A stretch of 61,610 bases of DNA, filler included, from Candidatus Tectimicrobiota bacterium (GTDB lineage Bacteria > JACPSX01): NCBI GenBank assembly GCA_016193065.1. It is 5 parts of 5 records of this genome, joined end to end, with 100 filler letters (N's around TTAATTAATTAA, not from the genome) between each part and the next. Parts side by side here need not be neighbours in the genome. Positions count along the whole stretch, not along the records: positions 47,437 to 57,976 come from JACPSX010000125.1; positions 58,077 to 61,610 come from JACPSX010000082.1; 3 more parts are not named here. The stretch is one strand, 5' to 3'. A program made the position numbers and the translations under genes. Positions 56,016-61,610 of the stretch are shown here, in pieces. The stretch's first letter is position 1, and each line of letters begins with the position of its first letter. The notes under the pieces were generated by a model that made no database searches, was not told the origin of the DNA, and worked only from the letters and a program-made list of their open reading frames with translations.

Positions 56016-57332
56016 ATGACATCCATTCTGATCGCGAGCAACGCGACGGATGCCGAGGCCATAAAAAAGGCGATCGGTGAGACGTTCACCGTCCAGGCGA
56101 TCAAATCCCCGTCGGAATTCGCCGGCCTGGTAGAAAAGCCCGACCTGATTCTCCTGGACCATACATTCACAGAACATTCCGGAATCGATTTCCTTAGGGA
56201 TTTATCCAGCAAACACAACCTCCCCGTTCTGATGCTGGCTCCCGCGGACGATTACAAGTGCGCTTTTGAGGCTCTCCAAGTGGGAGCGGATAACTACCTG
56301 GTCAAGACGAGCAATTATCACCAGTTGCTCAACTTCTCCATTGAAGAGACCCTGAAGAGATTTAAACAACAAAAACAGATGATAGAAACCATCAACGCCT
56401 TGCGAAAACGAGTGGCCGAATTGGAGAAGCGTCTGGGAATCCCCGACAAAAAACCTGCTCTCGCAACGACCCAGAAAAAAGAGAGAAATACGTACGAAGA
56501 AATCGCCTTCCGCCTGACAACCGGGGAGATCAGCATTCCTTCCCTTCCCCAGATCAGCATCAAGTTCCGAGAGATGGTGAATCGGGGCGCCAGCGCGCAG
56601 GAGATCACGAACCTGCTGAAACACGACGCCGCCATTTCTTCCGCGATCATCAAGATTTCCAACTCCGCATACTATCGAGGGATGTCAAAGAATACGACCC
56701 TGGAGCAGGCCATCTCCCGCCTGGGAATTAATGTGACAAAGGCGCAAGTCGAGTTAGTGGCCAGCAAGGCCCTTTACGTCACCGATAACGCGGAATATAC
56801 GCAGGTGGTGCGGAACCTGTGGGAGCATTCGCTATCCTGCGCATATGCCTCCCAGGTTTTGGCGGAGATCGTCCGCCTGAAAAATCCGGAAGAGGCTTTC
56901 ACCATGGGCCTGCTCCATGATATCGGCAAACTGGGTCTTCTAAAGATCATTTCCGAATTGGAATCCAACCGCAAGCTGGAGAACAAAGTTCAGAGTAAGG
57001 AATTGGTCGAAATGCTGGACACATATCATTGCGAGTTCGGCACCACCCTCCTGAAGAGCTGGAGATTCCCAGACGAATACCTTCAGGTCACCAAGTACCA
57101 CGGCAACCTGGAAGAAGCTGATCCTGCCTCCAAGGGACTCATAATCGTTCATTTCGCCAATCTGTTGGTCAAATCCATGGGATACGGCCAGGCAAAGCAA
57201 GCAGCAACGGACCTGGAGAACACAGCCTCCAACCGGTTCCTGAAGCTGAATTCCGAGTCGATCGAGACCGCCAAAAAAAAGGTGGGCGAGTTGATGGCGG
57301 AGTGGAGCAATTCCTTGGGCGGTCTGTCGTAG
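56016..57332 (+). CDS. Response regulator receiver + HDOD domain protein
   Basis: PDLILLD...GADNYLVK; IPSLPQI, IIKISNSAYY, LWEHSL, GLLHDIGK. Confidence 0.92.
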   Translation: MTSILIASNATDAEAIKKAIGETFTVQAIKSPSEFAGLVEKPDLILLDHTFTEHSGIDFLRDLSSKHNLPVLMLAPADDYKCAFEALQVGADNYLVKTSNYHQLLNFSIEETLKRFKQQKQMIETINALRKRVAELEKRLGIPDKKPALATTQKKERNTYEEIAFRLTTGEISIPSLPQISIKFREMVNRGASAQEITNLLKHDAAISSAIIKISNSAYYRGMSKNTTLEQAISRLGINVTKAQVELVASKALYVTDNAEYTQVVRNLWEHSLSCAYASQVLAEIVRLKNPEEAFTMGLLHDIGKLGLLKIISELESNRKLENKVQSKELVEMLDTYHCEFGTTLLKSWRFPDEYLQVTKYHGNLEEADPASKGLIIVHFANLLVKSMGYGQAKQAATDLENTASNRFLKLNSESIETAKKKVGELMAEWSNSLGGLS

Positions 57333-57863
57333 GACCCTGGATGCCCCCACTCGGCGTACCTCAGGCCATCCGGAAACTCTGAGCTTTGCCACCGAGGGCT
57401 GAGCGGACGCCCTCTGGGGAGCGGGTTTTCAAGTTGTCTCCGCCCGGCTGTCTTCCAGTCCGATCCGCGCTCTTCCTAATTCGCACTGCATCTCAGGCAA
57501 TGCCGAAACTTCGACTTCCAACCACTCTTTGGGTTACCCCGCTCTCTGAAAAAGCCAAGCCGCCTTCTCAGCCCCGATCCGACATAAAAATCAAGCCCTA
57601 TGCGATCTTGGGCCGCTTGCGGCAAGGACTGTCGGGATATGGGTGGGGGGTCCATAAACTCACTGAAGGTGAGTGGTCGATTCATGGCAGAACCGACTTT
57701 TTCTCGTGATCGAGCGCGGATCAGCAACGATTCCCGGATCTGATGAATGTCGGATCGGGGTTAGAGCAGGGGACCTGGCACATTGAAAGCCGAATCCCGG
57801 CGGAAATCCTCTGAGAGATCCGCAGCCTTCATGGGGACCCTGAGAGTTTGAGGAGGAGACGCC

Positions 57864-57976
57864 TCAGTCGTCAAAGGGGAGGCGCAGTTGCCTGTCGTCT
57901 GCGCTAGTGAAAAGCGACCGTCGGGGGAGCTGTTTGATCTGAGATTCCAGCCAGCGGATGTAGAGCCGGTACGTCT
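57864..57976 (-). CDS. C-terminal fragment of an unknown gene
   Basis: Open frame TYRLYIRWLESQIKQLPRRSLFTSADDRQLRLPFDD* running in from the contig edge. Confidence 0.4.
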
Positions 57977-58076
57977 NNNNNNNNNNNNNNNNNNNNNNNN
58001 NNNNNNNNNNNNNNNNNNNNTTAATTAATTAANNNNNNNNNNNNNNNNNNNNNNNNNNNNNNNNNNNNNNNNNNNN
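57977..58076. other. Artificial contig spacer
   Basis: N-run + TTAATTAATTAA + N-run. Confidence 0.98.
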
Positions 58077-58576
58077 AACAGAGTGTCCAGCGGAATCTCC
58101 TGGCAGATGAAATACAGGTCCACGAAGTCTCGGGCCAGTCCCCTGCCGATGATGGCCGCGATCTTCATCAGGCCGATGTCCTCGTTTGCAGCCACCAGAA
58201 CTCCTTTCCAACGATTGCCGGGTCTAACCAGGGGGTAGGGATAATGAAAGAAGCTCAGGTGGATCTTGAAGAGGATCACATGCAGGGTACCTTCCTTCTC
58301 TTCTTGAATAGAAACTTGGGACAGCCGGGAAAGCTCGCTGAGGACTCGGCCCCTTTCGCCCACGTCCAGCGTGTTGCTCTGCGAAAATAAGTCAAGATCT
58401 CTGGAGATTCGATGACCATGGCGAAGGCCGAGGGCCGTGCCTCCCGCCAGATAGAACTGGCTGGTAATCGTCTTGTGCGAGGAGAGAACCTTCAGGACCT
58501 TTTGAGTTTCGGGAGTAACGGCTTCCCAGTGCCAACGAACCCGATTCCCCAAAGCTTTGTACCCTTCTGCCTCCAC
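58077..58576 (-). CDS. AbiEii/AbiGii-family nucleotidyltransferase toxin, partial
   Basis: FYLAGGTALGLRHGHRISRDLDLF, DIGLMKIAAIIGRGLARDFVDLY. Confidence 0.9.
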
Positions 58577-59079
58577 GCGGGGGCTTTCGCAGCAACCTTC
58601 TCTCTAAAAATCCAGCTCCAGAACGCCAGAGACCTGGGGGAAAGCCGGTGGGGCCCTGCGCTCCGCAAAAAGCGGGTGACCGCTCTGGTACCATAACGGC
58701 GGAGACCCCAACGCACCTCCTCCCGACTGCCGTTCTCAAGGAGCCTTGCCAGGATGAGGTCCGCTTCCTTGTCCGGGTCGATGCTCCGGATATCCCTCTC
58801 CGGAAAAAGAGGAGAAAAACTCTTGGGCAATCTTCTGGAAGGCGGCAGAGGCAGGCCAGAGGAAGAGAAAAGCCACAGGCCGGCAAACTTCCCCAAGGGC
58901 TGCAGTTTCCCTTCCCTCAAGTCCCGGTAGATTTGGCGGCGCGACTTCCCCAGCCGTCTACAAAGCTCGGACAGGGTCAGCACATCCGTTATGGTGGCAA
59001 GCGTTTGACCCTCGGGGTCCAGTCGCTCCGCCTTCTGAGGGGAGCCATCCTGGAACGTGATCCGCCACAGATTATTCAT
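58492..59079 (-). CDS. Excisionase-type HTH fused to a DUF6922-like domain (putative antitoxin)
   Basis: VLTLSELCRRLGKSRRQIYRDLREGKL; IDPDKEADLILARLLENGSREEVRW...LSPRSLAFW. Confidence 0.72.
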   Translation of the reverse strand: MNNLWRITFQDGSPQKAERLDPEGQTLATITDVLTLSELCRRLGKSRRQIYRDLREGKLQPLGKFAGLWLFSSSGLPLPPSRRLPKSFSPLFPERDIRSIDPDKEADLILARLLENGSREEVRWGLRRYGTRAVTRFLRSAGPHRLSPRSLAFWSWIFREKVAAKAPAWRQKGTKLWGIGFVGTGKPLLPKLKRS

Positions 59080-59159
59080 GTCTTATATTATGACATAATT
59101 TTCGAAATGTTTCACTTTCCTCTTTGCCAGCTCTCCACCCCACAACCGTTTGGGGTCCC

Positions 59160-60359
59160 TCATAGACTTGAAACTCGCCCGGTCGCATCAACCAGACTTT
59201 TCTCCGTGAGCAACTCCATGTAGAGTCGATCCATATCATGGAGAAGCCGCTCGGCGCTAAAAGCGGGATGCACGCGCCTTCGACCCCTTTGCCCCAGGGT
59301 TTTCCGGCGCTCCGGATCAACCAGGAGGCTCCCGATGGTCTCAGCCAGAACCTGAGGATCCTGGGGTGTCACAAGCAAGCCTGTGACCCCATCCTCCACC
59401 AGATCGGGCACCCCCCCGACCCGGGTCGCCACTACGGGCCGACCTGCTGCCATGGCCTCAATCAGTGAGACCGGAAAGCCCTCATTCCGCGAAGTCAGCG
59501 CCACCACGTCGAGGTCAGCGTAGACACGGTTGAGGTCCTGCCTCCAGCCAAGGAAATGGACCCGACTATCGAGACCAAGCTGGTGAGCCAGTTGCTCCAT
59601 CTCTCCACGCCGCTCTCCATCCCCGACCAGGAGGAATTCGGTCTGTGGCATCCGACGGGCTATCCCGACGGCAGCTTCGAGAAAGACCTCGTGGGCTTTG
59701 ATGGGGACCAGACGGGCCACAATCCCCACCAGCGGCGCCTCCGGATCAATCTTCAGATCGGCCCGAAGCTGGCCCCGAAAGCTTTCGCAGGCAAGGAATT
59801 GGTCTAGCTCCAGCCCCAAGGGAATCACGGTGAGGCGCTTCGGAGCACCGATCCCCAGGCTCAGTAACTCGTTCCGTACCGTCTCGCTTACCGTGAGGAT
59901 GCGGTCCGTGCGCCGGGCCAACCACCGCTCCATGGCCAGGAAGAGCCTTGTTTTGGTCGGGGAAAAGTAGCCCTGGAAGATGTGTCCATGAAAGGTGTGA
60001 ATGACCACGGGCACCCCGGCCAGCCGTGCGGCCAGCCGGCCCAGGGTTCCGGCCTTCGCTGTGTGGGTGTGGACAATGTGGGGGCGATACTCCCGCATCA
60101 ATTGGAACAGGCGCCTCAAGGCCTGGAAATCGGCCCTCCCGCGGACCTCCCGCCCAAGCTCTGGGAGCACAGTAAGCCTGGAAACAGATCGGCGGTAGAG
60201 CGCCAAGTAGTTTCCTTCGCGGGGATCTTCCGTGCCGGCCACCAGGAAGGAGTCATAGCGGGCCGGATCCAGCTTTTCCGTAAGTAGCGTGGCATGGAGA
60301 GCCGGCCCTCCGACGTTAAGTCTGGCAATCACCCGTAGCACTCGGATCCTGTCGCTCAT
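59160..60359 (-). CDS. Glycosyltransferase family 4
   Basis: IARLNVGGPA, HTHTAKAGTLGR, EGFPVSLIEAMAAG. Confidence 0.95.
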   Translation of the reverse strand: MSDRIRVLRVIARLNVGGPALHATLLTEKLDPARYDSFLVAGTEDPREGNYLALYRRSVSRLTVLPELGREVRGRADFQALRRLFQLMREYRPHIVHTHTAKAGTLGRLAARLAGVPVVIHTFHGHIFQGYFSPTKTRLFLAMERWLARRTDRILTVSETVRNELLSLGIGAPKRLTVIPLGLELDQFLACESFRGQLRADLKIDPEAPLVGIVARLVPIKAHEVFLEAAVGIARRMPQTEFLLVGDGERRGEMEQLAHQLGLDSRVHFLGWRQDLNRVYADLDVVALTSRNEGFPVSLIEAMAAGRPVVATRVGGVPDLVEDGVTGLLVTPQDPQVLAETIGSLLVDPERRKTLGQRGRRRVHPAFSAERLLHDMDRLYMELLTEKSLVDATGRVSSL

Positions 60360-60374
60360 TGCTGGCACAGCAGA

Positions 60375-61610
60375 TCAACCGGGCAAGGCTGGTCCACAGC
60401 CTCCGATGTCGCGACGATTAACACTTCGGAAAGTTTGGAAAGGTTCTAAGGCCACCTTATTAAGTAAGACGCGGCTTCCAGTAACGTCTTTGCTCTGCTC
60501 TTCCCAAACCCTCAGAACCAGGAGGGCCCAAAGCTGGGGGCTGTAGTCTACTTTCCCTCTCTGGTGATCATCAAGCATTCTACCGACTCCCCTCTGCCTC
60601 AAATAGCCGCTATTCTTGGAGAGCAGCAAATCATAGGCCATCTCTTTTAGCCCATTTCGAAACCATTCGGCTAGAGGGACGGCAAAGCCATGTTTTGTGC
60701 GGTGCACGATTTCTCGGGGCAGAACTCTTTCCGCTGCCTTTTTGAGAATGTACTTGGTTGCCCAACCCTTTACCTTTAGATTCCCCGGCAACTTCCAGGC
60801 AAACTCCACTACATCTCGATCCAGGAAGGGAACCCTGGATTCCAAGCCATGGGCCATCGTCATGCGGTCTTCCTTGACCAGCAGGTCATCAGACAAATAG
60901 CCGTGAAAATCCCTATAAAGAAGGCAATTGACCCTGTCCCCGGGAAAAGGAGCCGCGCTGAAAATATCTTCCCCAAGGTCCGGTTTTGATTGAGCCCATG
61001 GGTCTTGCAGAACTTCAGCCATCAGCGCGGGATGAACGATTGTCACTAAATTGAGGTAATCATGGGCAATCCCCCCGCTATCACAGCCGGTGAGTTTCTG
61101 GAGAAAAAGGACATACTCTCCCACCTTGCTTCGGCGCGAGGCCGGGAGTTGCCGGGCAACTGCGGCCAGATTCTTCCGCACGAAATTGGGCATAACAGCA
61201 TAGAGCCTCTGAAAATAATGGGCGGCATATCTTCTATAGCCGCCGAATAGATCATCACCCCCGGTACCGGAAAGAACTACCGTTACATATTGTCGCGCCG
61301 CCCGGGCCAGATGGTATAGAGGAATCGCGGAGGAATCCGCAAAGGGCTCGTCAAAATGGTAGACAAGCTTTTCGAGGTCTTCAACAGCCTTAGGCTCGGC
61401 TTCGAACTCGTGATGATCCGTGCCAAAGTCCTTCGCGACTCGTCGAGCATGGGCCGTTTCATCGTAATAGCCGCTCCCCCGAAAACCCATTGAAAAAGTC
61501 TTGACTGATTTACCTGCAACCTCGCTCATCAGGGCCACAATTAAGCTCGAATCCAATCCACCGCTTAAAAATGCGCCCAAAGGAACGTCACTGATCAATT
61601 GCCGTCGAAC
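60375..61610 (-). CDS. asnB: Asparagine synthase (glutamine-hydrolysing) family, partial
   Basis: SDVPLGAFLSGGLDSS, DEPFADSS, KEDRMTMAHGLESRVPFLD; probably polysaccharide-associated. Confidence 0.93.
   Translation of the reverse strand, partial: VRRQLISDVPLGAFLSGGLDSSLIVALMSEVAGKSVKTFSMGFRGSGYYDETAHARRVAKDFGTDHHEFEAEPKAVEDLEKLVYHFDEPFADSSAIPLYHLARAARQYVTVVLSGTGGDDLFGGYRRYAAHYFQRLYAVMPNFVRKNLAAVARQLPASRRSKVGEYVLFLQKLTGCDSGGIAHDYLNLVTIVHPALMAEVLQDPWAQSKPDLGEDIFSAAPFPGDRVNCLLYRDFHGYLSDDLLVKEDRMTMAHGLESRVPFLDRDVVEFAWKLPGNLKVKGWATKYILKKAAERVLPREIVHRTKHGFAVPLAEWFRNGLKEMAYDLLLSKNSGYLRQRGVGRMLDDHQRGKVDYSPQLWALLVLRVWEEQSKDVTGSRVLLNKVALEPFQTFRSVNRRDIGGCGPALPG

Noticed and set aside
57333-57860. Long intergenic region checked for a riboswitch or tRNA
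   Set aside because: Only small hairpins were seen and no motif I can support by eye. An Rfam scan would be needed.

Overview
The window is not one locus. It is five unrelated contigs of a GC-rich bacterial draft genome or MAG (Deltaproteobacteria-like gene content, inferred), joined by four 100-nt N/TTAATTAATTAA spacers. Contig 1 (1-22276) is a minus-strand flagellar cluster from fliH to fliA plus FliK-like and FlhB-C-like genes, with sigma54 and sigma28 promoters, a very large FlgE, and lesions in fliI, flgD and flhF. Contig 2 (22377-37169) is a trehalose/compatible-solute cluster plus an M20 amidohydrolase and uvrA. Contig 3 (37270-47336) has pirin, an RRM protein, a probable OsmC selenoprotein, and a liv-type ABC operon interrupted by an aminomethyltransferase and toxin-antitoxin debris. 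Contig 4 (47437-57976) has ABC transporters, a fused IOR-family oxidoreductase, a cupin, an RdhA-like remnant and a REC-HDOD protein. Contig 5 (58077-61610) has an AbiEii-type toxin-antitoxin pair, a GT4 and asnB. The most striking signal is a 21-nt hairpin/palindrome element, CGGGTACCCG-N5-CGGGTG, seen about 10 times. It sits inside open reading frames of flagellar proteins (mostly read as HPQGGYP), shows compensatory base changes, and has filled/empty site pairs inside two other repeat families.
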